From NCBI GenBank assembly GCA_964016885.1, contig OZ024740.1, positions 58,962,001-59,026,000 on the forward strand: a DNA stretch of 64,000 nt. The letters run 5' to 3'. The translations under genes were made by a program, and so were the position numbers. Of this stretch, positions 35,801 through 50,800 are shown one piece after another. Position 1 is the first letter of the stretch; the number at the start of each line of letters is the position of its first letter. This DNA is from Eledone cirrhosa (Eukaryota). A model generated the notes under the pieces. It ran no database searches, was not told the origin of the DNA, and saw only the letters and a list, made by a program, of their open reading frames with translations.

Positions 35801-38800
35801 ATTGTGACAGACTTCATGTAACTCACTGATTCCCTGATAAGAGAGATTACAGTGAATAGTTATTGTGACAGACTTCATGTAACTCACTGATTCCCTGATA
35901 AGAGAGATTACAGTGAATAGTTATTGTGACAGACTTCATGTAACTCACTGATTCCCTGATAAGAGAGATTACAGTGAATAGTTGTTGTGACAGACTTCAT
36001 GTAACTTACTGATTCCCTGATAAGAGAGATTACAGTGAATAGTTGTTGTGACAGACTTCATGTAACTCACTGATTCCCTCATAAGAGAGATTACAGTGAA
36101 TAGTTGTTGTGACAGACTTCATGTAACTCACTGATTCCCTCATAAGAGAGATTACAGTGTATAGTTGTTGTGACAGACTTCATGTAACTCACTGATTCCC
36201 TCATAAGAGAGATTACAGTGAATAGTTGTTGTGACAGACTTCATGTAACTCACTGATTCCCTGATAAGAGAGATTACAGTGAATAGTTGTTGTGACAGAC
36301 ATCATGTAACTCACTGATTCCCTCAAAAGAGAGATTACAGTGAATAGTTGTTGTGACAGACTTCATGTAACTCACTGATTCCCACATAAGAGAGATTACA
36401 GTGTATAGTTGTTGTGACAGACTTCATGTAACTCACTGATTCCCTGATAAGAGAGATTACAGTGAATAGTTGTTGTGACAGACTTCATGTAACTCACTGA
36501 TTCCCTGATAAGAGAGATTACAGTGAATAGTTGTTGTGACAGACTTCATGTAACTCACTGATTCCCTGATAAGAGAGATTACAGTGAATAGTTATTGTGA
36601 CAGACTTCATGTAACTCACTGATTCCCTGATAAGAGAGATTACAGTGAATAGTTATTGTGACAGACTTCATGTAACTCACTGATTCCCTGATAAGAGAGA
36701 TTACAGTGAATAGTTGTTGTGACAGACTTCATGTAACACACTGATTCCCTGATAAGAGAGATTACAGTGAATAGTTATTGTGACAGACTTCATGTAACTC
36801 ACTGATTCCCTGATAAGAGAGATTACAGTGAATAGTTATTGTGACAGACTTCATGTAACTCACTGATTGCCTAATAAGAGAGATTACAGTGAATAGTTGT
36901 TGTGACAGACTTCATGTAAGTCACTGATTCCCTCATAAGAGAGATTACAGTGAATAGTTGTTGTGACAGACTTCATGTAACTCACTGATTCCCTCATAAG
37001 AGAGATTACAGTGAATAGTTGTTGTGACAGACTTCATGTAACTCACTGATTCCCTGATAAGAGAGATTACAGTGAATAGTTGTTGTGACAGACTTCATGT
37101 AACTCACTGATTCCCTGATAAGAGACATTACAGTGAATAGTTGTTGTGACAGACTTCATGTAACTCACTGATTCCCTCATAAGAGAGATTACAGTGAATA
37201 GTTGTTGTGACAGACTTCATGTAACTCACTGATTCCCTCATAAGAGAGATTACAGTGTATAGTTGTTGTGACAGACTTCATGTAACTCACTGATTCCCTC
37301 ATAAGAGAGATTACAGTGAATAGTTGTTGTGACAGACTTCATGTAACTCACTGATTCCCTGAAAAGAGAGATTACAGTGAATAGTTGTTGTGACAGACTT
37401 CATGTAACTCACTGATTCCCTGATAAGAGAGATTACAGTGAATAGTTATTGTGACAGACTTCATGTAACTCACTGATTCCCTCATAAGAGAGATTACAGT
37501 GAATAGTTGTTGTGACAGACTTCATGTAACTCACTGATTCCCTGATAAGAGAGATTACAGTGAATAGTTATTGTGACAGACTTCATGTAACTCACTGATT
37601 CCCTCATAAGAGATATTACAGTGAATAGTTGTTGTGACAGACTTCATGTAACTCACTGATTCCCTCATAAGAGAGATTACAGTGAATAGTTGTTGTGACA
37701 GACTTCATGTAACTCACTGATTCCCTCATAAGAGAGATTACAGTGTATAGTTGTTGTGACAGACTTCATGTAACTCACTGATTCCCTCATAAGAGAGATT
37801 ACAGTGAATAGTTGTTGTGACAGACTTCATGTAACTCACTGATTCCCTGAAAAGAGAGATTACAGTGAATAGTTGTTGTGACAGACTTCATGTAACTCAC
37901 TGATTCCCTCATAAGAGAGATTACAGTGAATAGTTGTTGTGACAGACTTCATGTAACTCACTGATTCCCTCATAAGGGAGATTACAGTGAATAGTTGTTG
38001 TGACAGACTTCATGTAACTCACTGATTCCCTCATAAGAGAGATTACAGTGTATAGTTGTTGTGACAGACTTCATGTAACTCACTTATTCCCTGATAAGAG
38101 AGATTACAGTGAATAGTTGTTGTGACAGACTTCATGTAACTCACTGATTCCCTGATAAGAGAGATTACAGTGAATAGTTGTTGTGACAGACTTCATGTAA
38201 CTCACTGATTCCCTGATAAGAGAGATTACAGTGAATAGTTGTTGTGACAGATTCATGTAACTCACTGATTCCCTGATAAGAGAGATTACAGTGAATAGTT
38301 GTTGTGACAGACTTCATGTAACTCACTGATTCCCTCATAAGAGAAATTACAGTGAATAGTTGTGACAGACTTCATATAACTCACTGATTCCCTCATAAGA
38401 GAGATTACAGTGTATAGTTGTTGTGACAGACTTCATGTAACTCACTGATTCCCTGATAATAGAGATTACAGTGAATAGTTATTGTGACAGACTTCATGTA
38501 ACTCACTGATTCCCTGATAAGAGAGATTACAGTGAATAGTTGTTGTGACAGACTTCATGTAACTCACTGATTCCCACATAAGAGAGATTACAGTGTATAG
38601 TTGTTGTGACAGACTTCATGTAACTCACTGATTCCCTGATAAGAGAGATTACAGTGAATAGTTGTTGTGACAGACTTCATGTAACTCACTGATTCCCTGA
38701 TAAGAGAGATTACAGTGAATAGTTGTTGTGACAGACTTCATGTAACTCACTGATTCCCTGATAAGAGAGATTACAGTGAATAGTTATTGTGACAGACTTC

Positions 38801-41800
38801 ATGTAACTCACTGATTCCCTCATAAGAGAGATTACAGTGAATAGTTGTTGTGACAGACTTCATGTAACTCACTGATTCCCTCATAAGAGAGATTACAGTG
38901 AATAGTTATTGTGACAGACTTCATGTAACTCACTGATTCCCTGATAAGAGAGATTACAGTGAATAGTTATTGTGACAGACTTCATGTAACTCACTGATTC
39001 CCTGATAAGAGAGATTACAGTGAATAGTTATTGTGACAGACTTCATGTAACTCACTGATTCCCTGATAAGAGAGATTACAATGAATAGTTGTTGTGACAG
39101 ACTTCATGTAACTCACTGATTCCCTGATAAGAGAGATTACAGTGAATAGTTATTGTGACAGACTTCATGTAACTCACTGATTCCCTGATAAGAGAGATTA
39201 CAGTGAATAGTTATTGTGACAGACTTCATGTAACTCACTGATTCCCTGATAAGAGAGATTACAGTGAATAGTTATTGTGACAGACTTCATGTAACTCACT
39301 GATTCCCTGATAAGAGTGATTACAGTGAATAGTTATTGTGACAGACTTCATGTAACTCACTGATTCCCTGATAAGAGAGATTACAGTGAATAGTTGTTGT
39401 GACAGACTTCATGTAACTTACTGATTCCCTGATAAGAGAGATTACAGTGAATAGTTGTTGTGACAGACTTCATCTAACTCACTGATTCCCTCATAAGAGA
39501 GATTACAGTGAATAGTTGTTGTGACAGACTTCATGTAACTCACTGATTCCCTCATAAGAGAGATTACAGTGTATAGTTGTTGTGACAGACTTCATGTAAC
39601 TCACTGATTCCCTCATAAGAGAGATTACAGTGAATAGTTGTTGTGACAGACTTCATGTAACTCACTGATTCCCTGATAAGAGAGATTACAGTGAATAGTT
39701 GTTGTGACAGACATCATGTAACTCACTGATTCCCTCAAAAGAGAGATTACAGTGAATAGTTGTTGTGACAGACTTCATGTAACTCACTGATTCCCACATA
39801 AGAGAGATTACAGTGTATAGTTGTTGTGACAGACTTCATGTAACTCACTGATTCCCTGATAAGAGAGATTACAGTGAATAGTTGTTGTGACAGACTTCAT
39901 GTAACTCACTGATTCCCTGATAAGAGAGATTACAGTGAATAGTTGTTGTGACAGACTTCATGTAACTCACTGATTCCCTGATAAGAGAGATTACAGTGAA
40001 TAGTTATTGTGACAGACTTCATGTAACTCACTGATTCCCTGATAAGAGAGATTACAGTGAATAGTTATTGTGACAGACTTCATGTAACTCACTGATTCCC
40101 TGATAAGAGAGATTACAGTGAATAGTTGTTGTGACAGACTTCATGTAACTCACTGATTCCCTGATAAGAGAGATTACAGTGAATAGTTATTGTGACAGAC
40201 TTCATGTAACTCACTGATTCCCTGATAAGAGAGATTACAGTGAATAGTTATTGTGACAGACTTCATGTAACTCACTGATTGCCTAATAAGAGAGATTACA
40301 GTGAATAGTTGTTGTGACAGACTTCATGTAACTCACTGATTCTCTCATAAGAGAGATTACAGTGAATAGTTGTTGTGACAGACTTCATGTAACTCACTGA
40401 TTCCCTCATAAGAGAGATTACAGTGAATAGTTGTTGTGACAGACTTCATGTAACTCACTGATTCCCTGATAAGAGAGATTACAGTGAATAGTTGTTGTGA
40501 CAGACTTCATGTAACTCACTGATTCCCTCATAAGAGACATTACAGTGAATAGTTGTTGTGACAGACTTCATGTAACTCACTGATTCCCTGATAAGAGAGA
40601 TTACAGTGAATAGTTGTTGTGACAGACTTCATGTAACTCACTGATTCCCTCATAAGAGAGATTACAGTGTATAGTTGTTGTGACAGACTTCATGTAACTC
40701 ACTGATTCCCTCATAAGAGAGATTACAGTGAATAGTTGTTGTGACAGACTTCATGTAACTCACTGATTCCCTGAAAAGAGAGATTACAGTGAATAGTTGT
40801 TGTGACAGACTTCATGTAACTCACTGATTCCCTGATAAGAGAGATTACAGTGAATAGTTGTTGTGACAGACTTCATGTAACTCACTGATTCCCTGAAAAG
40901 AGAGATTACAGTGAATAGTTGTTGTGACAGACTTCATGTAACTCACTGATTCCCTCATAAGAGAGATTACAGTCAATAGTTGTTGTGACAGACTTCATGT
41001 AACTCACTGATTCCCTCATAAGAGAGATTACAGTGAATAGTTGTTGTGACAGACTTCATGTAACTCACTGATTCCCTCATAAGAGAGATTACAGTGTATA
41101 GTTGTTGTGACAGACTTCATGTAACTCACTTATTCCCTGATAAGAGAGATTACAGTGAATAGTTGTTGTGACAGACTTCATGTAACTCACTGATTCCCTC
41201 AAAAGAGAGATTACAGTGAATAGTTGTTGTGACAGACTTCATGTAACTCACTGATTCCCTCATAAGAGAGATTACAATGAATAGTTGTTGTGACAGACTT
41301 CATGTAACTCACTGATTCCCTCAAAAGAGAGATTACAGTGAATAGTTGTTGTGACAGACTTCATGTAACTCACTGATTCCCTCATAAGAGAGATTACAGT
41401 GAATAGTTGTTGTGACAGACTTCATGTAACTCACTGATTCCCTCATAAGAGAGATTACAATGAATAGTTGTTGTGACAGACTTCATGTAACTCACTGATT
41501 CCCTGATAAGAGAGATTACAGTGAATAGTTGTTGTGACAGACTTCATGTAACTCACTGATTCCCTGATAAGAGAGATTACAGTGAATAGTTGTTGTGACA
41601 GACTTCATGTAACTCACTGATTCCCTGATAAGAGAGATTACAGTGAATAGTTGTTGTGACAGACTTCATGTAACTCACTGATTCCCTCATAAGAGAAATT
41701 ACAGTGAATAGTTGTGACAGACTTCATATAACTCACTGATTCCCTCATAAGAGAGATTACAGTGTATAGTTGTTGTGACAGACTTCATGTAACTCACTGA

Positions 41801-44800
41801 TTCCCTGATAATAGAGATTACAGTGAATAGTTATTGTGACAGACTTCATGTAACTCACTGATTCCCTGATAAGAGAGATTACAGTGAATAGTTGTTGTGA
41901 CAGACTTCATGTAACTCACTGATTCCCTGATAAGAGAGATTACAGTGAATAGTTATTGTGACAGACTTCCTGTAACTCACTGATTCCCTGATAAGAGAGA
42001 TTACAGTGAATAGTTATTGTGACAGACTTCATGTAACTCACTGATTCCCTGATAAGAGAGATTACAGTGAATAGTTATTGTGACAGACTTCATGTAACTC
42101 ACTGATTCCCTGATAAGAGAGATTACAGTGAATAGTTATTGTGACAGACTTCATGTAACTCACTGATTCCCTGATAAGAGAGATTACAGTGAATAGTTAT
42201 TGTGACAGACTTCATGTAACTCACTGATTCCCTGATAAGAGAGATTACAGTGAATAGTTGTTGTGACAGACTTCATGTAACTCACTGATTCCCTGATAAG
42301 AGAGATTACAGTGAATAGTTGTTGTGACAGACTTCATGTAACTCACTGATTCCCTGATAAGAGAGATTACAGTGAATAGTTGTTGTGACAGACTTCATGT
42401 AACTCACTGATTCCCTGATAAGAGAGATTACAGTGAATAGTTGTTGTGACAGACATCATGTAACTCACTGATTCCCTCAAAAGAGAGATTACAGTGAATA
42501 GTTGTTGTGACAGACTTCATGTAACTCACTGATTCCCACATAAGAGAGATTACAGTGTATAGTTGTTGTGACAGACTTCATGTAACTCACTGATTCCCTG
42601 ATAAGAGAGATTACAGTGAATAGTTGTTGTGACAGACTTCATGTAACTCACTGATTCCCTGATAAGAGAGATTACAGTGAATAGTTGTTGTGACAGACTT
42701 CATGTAACTCACTGATTCCCTGATAAGAGAGATTACAGTGAATAGTTATTGTGACAGACTTCATGTAACTCACTGATTCCCTGATAAGAGAGATTACAGT
42801 GAATAGTTATTGTGACAGACTTCATGTAACTCACTGATTCCCTGATAAGAGAGATTACAGTGAATAGTTGTTGTGACAGACTTCATGTAACTCACTGATT
42901 CCCTGATAAGAGAGATTACAGTGAATAGTTATTGTGACAGACTTCATGTAACTCACTGATTCCCTGATAAGAGAGATTACAGTGAATAGTTATTGTGACA
43001 GACTTCATGTAACTCACTTATTGCCTCATAAGAGAGATTACAGTGAATAGTTGTTGTGACAGACTTCATGTAACTCACTGATTCCCTCATAAGAGAGATT
43101 ACAGTGAATAGTTGTTGTGACAGACTTCATGTAACTCACTGATTCCCTCATAAGAGAGATTACAGTGTATAGTTGTTGTGACAGACTTCATGTAACTCAC
43201 TGATTCCCTCATAAGAGAGATTACAGTGAATAGTTGTTGTGACAGACTTCATGTAACTCACTGATTCCCTCATAAGAGAGATTACAGTGAATAGTTGTTG
43301 TGACAGACTTCATGTAACTCACTGATTCCCTGATAAGAGAGATTACAGTGAATAGTTATTGTGACAGACTTCATGTAACTCACTGATTCCCTCATAAGAG
43401 ATATTACAGTGAATAGTTGTTGTGACAGACTTCATGTAACTCACTGATTCCCTCATAAGAGAGATTACAGTGAATAGTTGTTGTGACAGACTTCATGTAA
43501 CTCACTGATTCCCTCATAAGAGAGATTACAGTGTATAGTTGTTGTGACAGACTTCATGTAACTCACTGATTCCCTCATAAGAGAGATTACAGTGAATAGT
43601 TGTTGTGACAGACTTCATGTAACTCACTGATTCCCTGATAAGAGAGATTACAGTGAATAGTTGTTGTGACAGACTTCATGTAACTCACTGATTCCCTCAT
43701 AAGAGAGATTACAGTGAATAGTTGTTGTGACAGACTTCATGTAACTCACTGATTCCCTCATAAGAGAGATTACAATGAATAGTTGTTGTGACAGACTTCA
43801 TGTAACTCACTGATTCCCTCATAAGAGACATTACAGTGAATAGTTGTTGTGACAGACTTCATGTAACTCACTGATTCCCTCATAAGAGAGATTACAGTAA
43901 ATAGTTGTTGTGACAGACTTCATGTAACTCACTGATTCCCTCATAAGAGAGATTACAGTGAATAGTTGTTGTGACAGACTTCATGTAACTCACTGATTCC
44001 CTCATAAGAGAGATTACAGTGAATAGTTGTTGTGACAGACTTCATGTAACTCACTGATTCCCTCATAAGAGAGATTACAGTGTATAGTTGTTGTGACAGA
44101 CTTCATGTAACTCACTTATTCCCTGATAAGAGAGATTACAGTGAATAGTTGTTGTGACAGACTTCATGTAACTCACTGATTCCCTGATAAGAGAGATTAC
44201 AGTGAATAGTTGTTGTGACAGACTTCATGTAACTCACTGATTCCCTCATAAGAGAGATTACAGTGTATAGTTGTTGTGACAGACTTCATGTAACTCACTT
44301 ATTCCCTGATAAGAGAGATTACAGTGAATAGTTGTTGTGACAGACTTCATGTAACTCACTGATTCCCTCATAAGAGAGATTACAGTGTATAGTTGTTGTG
44401 ACAGACTTCATGTAACTCACTGATTCCCTCATAAGAGAGATTACAGTGAATAGTTGTTGTGACAGACTTCATGTAACTCACTGATTCCCTGATAAGAGAG
44501 ATTACAGTGAATAGTTGTTGTGACAGACATCATGTAACTCACTGATTCCCTGATAAGAGAGATTACAGTGAATAGTTATTGTGACAGACTTCATGTAACT
44601 CACTGATTCCCTGATAAGAGAGATTACAGTGAATAGTTATTGTGACAGACTTCATGTAACTCACTGATTCCCTGATAAGAGAGATTACAGTGAATAGTTG
44701 TTGTGACAGACTTCATGTAACTCACTGATTCCCTGATAAGAGAGATTACAGTGAATAGTTATTGTGACAGACTTCATGTAACTCACTGATTGCCTCATAA

Positions 44801-47800
44801 GAGAGATTACAGTGAATAGTTGTTGTGACAGACTTCATGTAACTCACTGATTCCCTCATAAGAGAGATTACAGTGAATAGTTGTTGTGACAGACTTCATG
44901 TAACTCACTGATTCCCTCATAAGAGAGATTACAGTGTATAGTTGTTGTGACAGACTTCATGTAACTCACTGATTCCCTCATAAGAGAGATTACAGTGAAT
45001 AGTTGTTGTGACAGACTTCATGTAACTCACTGATTCCCTCATAAGAGAGATTACAGTGAATAGTTGTTGTGACAGACTTCATGTAACTCACTGATTCCCT
45101 GATAAGAGAGATTACAGTGAATAGTTATTGTGACAGACTTCATGTAACTCACTGATTCCCTCATAAGAGATATTACAGTGAATAGTTGTTGTGACAGACT
45201 TCATGTAACTCACTGATTCCCTGATAAGAGAGATTACAGTGAATAGTTGTTGTGACAGACTTCATGTAACTCACTGATTCCCTCATAAGAGAGATTACAG
45301 TGTATAGTTGTTGTGACAGACTTCATGTAACTCACTGATTCCCTCATAAGAGAGATTACAGTGAATAGTTGTTGTGACAGACTTCATGTAACTCACTGAT
45401 TCCCTGATAAGAGAGATTACAGTGAATAGTTGTTGTGACAGACTTCATGTAACTCACTGATTCCCTCATAAGAGAGATTACAGTGAATAGTTGTTGTGAC
45501 AGACTTCATGTAACTCACTGATTCCCTCATAAGAGAGATTACAGTGAATAGTTGTTGTGACAGACTTCATGTAACTCACTGATTCCCTCATAAGAGAGAT
45601 TACAGTGAATAGTTGTTGTGACAGACTTCATGTAACTCACTGATTCCCTCATAAGAGAGATTACAGTGTATAGTTGTTGTGACAGACTTCATGTAACTCA
45701 CTGATTCCCTCATAAGAGAGATTACAGTGAATAGTTGTTGTGACAGACTTCATGTAACTCACTGATTCCCTCATAAGAGAGATTACAGTGAATAGTTGTT
45801 GTGACAGACTTCATGTAACTCACTGATTCCCTGATAAGAGAGATTACAGTGAATAGTTATTGTGACAGACTTCATGTAACTCACTGATTCCCTCATAAGA
45901 GATATTACAGTGAATAGTTGTTGTGACAGACTTCATGTAACTCACTGATTCCCTCATAAGAGAGATTACAGTGAATAGTTGTTGTGACAGACTTCATGTA
46001 ACTCACTGATTCCCTCATAAGAGAGATTACAGTGTATAGTTGTTGTGACAGACTTCATGTAACTCACTGATTCCCTCATAAGAGAGATTACAGTGAATAG
46101 TTGTTGTGACAGACTTCATGTAACTCACTGATTCCCTGATAAGAGAGATTACAGTGAATAGTTGTTGTGACAGACTTCATGTAACTCACTGATTCCCTCA
46201 TAAGAGAGATTACAGTGAATAGTTGTTGTGACAGACTTCATGTAACTCACTGATTCCCTCATAAGAGAGATTACAGTGTATAGTTGTTGTGACAGACTTC
46301 ATGTAACTCACTGATTCCCTCATAAGAGAGATTACAGTGAATAGTTGTTGTGACAGACTTCATGTAACTCACTGATTCCCTGATAAGAGAGATTACAGTG
46401 AATAGTTGTTGTGACAGACATCATGTAACTCACTGATTCCCTGATAAGAGAGATTACAGTGAATAGTTATTGTGACAGACTTCATGTAACTCACTGATTC
46501 CCTGATAAGAGAGATTACAGTGAATAGTTATTGTGACAGACTTCATGTAACTCACTGATTCCCTGATAAGAGAGATTACAGTGAATAGTTGTTGTGACAG
46601 ACTTCATGTAACTCACTGATTCCCTGATAAGAGAGATTACAGTGAATAGTTATTGTGACAGACTTCATGTAACTCACTGATTGCCTCATAAGAGAGATTA
46701 CAGTGAATAGTTGTTGTGACAGACTTCATGTAACTCACTGATTCCCTCATAAGAGAGATTACAGTGAATAGTTGTTGTGACAGACTTCATGTAACTCACT
46801 GATTCCCTCATAAGAGAGATTACAGTGTATAGTTGTTGTGACAGACTTCATGTAACTCACTGATTCCCTCATAAGAGAGATTACAGTGAATAGTTGTTGT
46901 GACAGACTTCATGTAACTCACTGATTCCCTCATAAGAGAGATTACAGTGAATAGTTGTTGTGACAGACTTCATGTAACTCACTGATTCCCTGATAAGAGA
47001 GATTACAGTGAATAGTTATTGTGACAGACTTCATGTAACTCACTGATTCCCTCATAAGAGATATTACAGTGAATAGTTGTTGTGACAGACTTCATGTAAC
47101 TCACTGATTCCCTGATAAGAGAGATTACAGTGAATAGTTGTTGTGACAGACTTCATGTAACTCACTGATTCCCTCATAAGAGAGATTACAGTGTATAGTT
47201 GTTGTGACAGACTTCATGTAACTCACTGATTCCCTCATAAGAGAGATTACAGTGAATAGTTGTTGTGACAGACTTCATGTAACTCACTGATTCCCTGATA
47301 AGAGAGATTACAGTGAATAGTTGTTGTGACAGACTTCATGTAACTCACTGATTCCCTCATAAGAGAGATTACAGTGAATAGTTGTTGTGACAGACTTCAT
47401 GTAACTCACTGATTCCCTCATAAGAGAGATTACAGTGAATAGTTGTTGTGACAGACTTCATGTAACTCACTGATTCCCTCATAAGAGAGATTACAGTGAA
47501 TAGTTGTTGTGACAGACTTCATGTAACTCACTGATTCCCTCATAAGAGAGATTACAGTGTATAGTTGTTGTGACAGACTTCATGTAACTCACTGATTCCC
47601 TCATAAGAGAGATTACAGTGAATAGTTGTTGTGACAGACTTCATGTAACTCACTGATTCCCTCATAAGAGAGATTACAGTGAATAGTTGTTGTGACAGAC
47701 TTCATGTAACTCACTGATTCCCTGATAAGAGAGATTACAGTGAATAGTTATTGTGACAGACTTCATGTAACTCACTGATTCCCTCATAAGAGATATTACA

Positions 47801-50800
47801 GTGAATAGTTGTTGTGACAGACTTCATGTAACTCACTGATTCCCTCATAAGAGAGATTACAGTGAATAGTTGTTGTGACAGACTTCATGTAACTCACTGA
47901 TTCCCTCATAAGAGAGATTACAGTGTATAGTTGTTGTGACAGACTTCATGTAACTCACTGATTCCCTCATAAGAGAGATTACAGTGAATAGTTGTTGTGA
48001 CAGACTTCATGTAACTCACTGATTCCCTGATAAGAGAGATTACAGTGAATAGTTGTTGTGACAGACTTCATGTAACTCACTGATTCCCTCATAAGAGAGA
48101 TTACAGTGAATAGTTGTTGTGACAGACTTCATGTAACTCACTGATTCCCTCATAAGAGAGATTACAGTGAATAGTTGTTGTGACAGACTTCATGTAACTC
48201 ACTGATTCCCTCATAAGAGACATTACAGTGAATAGTTGTTGTTACAGACTTCATGTAACTCAATGATTCCCTCATACGAGAGATTACAGTGAATAGTTGT
48301 TGTGACAGACTTCATGTAACTCACTGATTCCCTCATTAGAGAGATTACAGTGAATAGTTGTTGTGACAGACTTCATGTAACTCACTGATTCCCTCATAAG
48401 AGAGATTACAGTGTATAGTTGTTGTGACAGACTTCATGTAACTCACTTATTCCCTGATAAGAGAGATTACAGTGAATAGTTGTTGTGACAGACTTCATGT
48501 AACTCACTGATTCCCTGATAAGAGAGATTACAGTGAATAGTTGTTGTGACAGACTTCATGTAACTCACTGATTCCCTGATAAGAGAGATTACAGTGAATA
48601 GTTGTTGTGACAGACTTCATGTAACTCACTGATTCCCTGATAAGAGAGATTACAGTGAATAGTTGTTGTGATAGACTTCATGTAACTCACTGATTCCCTC
48701 ATAAGAGAAATTACAGTGAATAGTTGTTGTGACAGACTTCATGTAACTCACTGATTCCCTCATAAGAGAGATTACAGTGTATAGTTTTTAGACAGACTTC
48801 ATGTAACTCACTGATTCCCTCATAAGAGAGATTACAGTGAATAGTTGTTGTGACAGACTTCATGTAACTCACTGATTCCCTGATAAGAGAGATTACAGTG
48901 AATAGTTGTTGTGACAGACTTCATGTAACTCACTGATTCCCTCATAAGAGAGATTACAGTGAATAGTTGTTGTGACAGACTTCATGTAACTCACTGATTC
49001 CCTCATAAGAGAGATTACAGTGAATAGTTGTTGTGACAGACTTCATGTAACTCACTGATTCCCTGATAAGAGAGATTACAGTGAATAGTTGTGACAGACT
49101 TCATGTAACTCTCTGATTCCCTCATAAGGGAGATTACAGTGAATAGTTATTGTGACAGACTTCATGAAACTCACTGATTCCCTCATAAGAGAGATTACAG
49201 TGAATAGTTGTTGTGACAGACTTCATGTAACTCACTGATTCCCTCATAAGAGAGATTACAGTGAATAGTTGTTGTGACAGACTTCATGTAACTCACTGAT
49301 TCCCTCATAAGAGAGATTACAGTGTATAGTTTTTAGACAGACTTCATGTAACTCACTGATTCCCTCATAAGAGAGATTACAGTGAATAGTTGTTGTGACA
49401 GACTTCATGTAACTCACTGATTCCCTCATAAGAGAGATTACAGTGAATAGTTGTTGTGACAGACTTCATGTAACTCACTGATTCCCTGATAAGAGAGATT
49501 ACAATGAATACTTGTTGTGACAGACTTCATCTAACTCACTGATTCCCTGATAAGAGACTTACAGTGAATAGTTGTTGTGACAGACTTCATCTAACTCACT
49601 GATTCCCTGATAAGAGACTTACAGTGAATAGTTGTTGTGACAGACTTCATGTAACTCACTGATTCCCTGATAAGAGAGATTACAGTGAATAGTTGTTGTG
49701 ACAGACTTCATCTAACTCACTGATTCCCTCATAAGAGACTTACAGTGAATAGTTGTTGTGACAGACTTCATGTAACTCACTGATTCCCTCATAAGAGAGA
49801 TTACAGTGAATAGTTGTTGTGACAGACTTCATGTAACTCACTGATTCCCTCATAAGAGAGATTACAGTGAATAGTTGTTGTGACAGACTTCATGTAACTC
49901 ACTGATTCCCTGATAAGAGAGATTACAGTGAATAGTTGTTGTGACATACTTCATGTAACTCACTGATTCCCTGATAAGAGAGATTACAGTGAATAGTTGT
50001 TGTGACAGACTTCATGTAACTCACTGATTCCCTGATAAGAGAGATTACAGTGAATAGTTGTTGTGACAGACTTCATGTAACTCACTGATTCCCTGATAAG
50101 AGAGATTACAGTGAATAGTTGTTGTGACAGACTTCATGTAACTCACTGATTCCCTGATAAGAGAGATTACAGTGAATAGTTGTTGTGACAGACTTCATGT
50201 AACTCACTGATTCCCTCATAAGGGAGATTACAGTGAATAGTTATTGTGACAGACTTCATGAAACTCAATGATTCCCTCATAAGAGAGATTACAGTGAATA
50301 GTTGTTGTGACAGACTTCATGTAACTCACTGATTCCCTCATAAGAGAGATTACAGTGAATAGTTGTTGTGACAGACTTCATGTAACTCACTGATTCCCTC
50401 ATAAGAGAGATTACAGTGTATAGTTTTTAGACAGACTTCATGTAACTCACTGATTCCCTCATAAGAGAGATTACAGTGAATAGTTGTTGTGACAGACTTC
50501 ATGTAACTCACTGATTCCCTGATAAGAGAGATTACAGTGAATAGTTGTTGTGACAGACTTCATGTAACTCACTGATTCCCTGATAAGAGAGATTACAGTG
50601 AATAGTTGTTGTGACAGACTTCATGTAACTCACTGATTCCCTGATAAGAGAGATTACAGTGAATAGTTGTTGTGACAGACTTCATGTAACTCACTGATTC
50701 CCTGATAAGAGAGATTACAGTGAATAGTTATTGTGACAGACTTCATGTAACTCACTGATTCCCTGATAAGAGAGATTACAGTGAATAGTTATTGTGACAG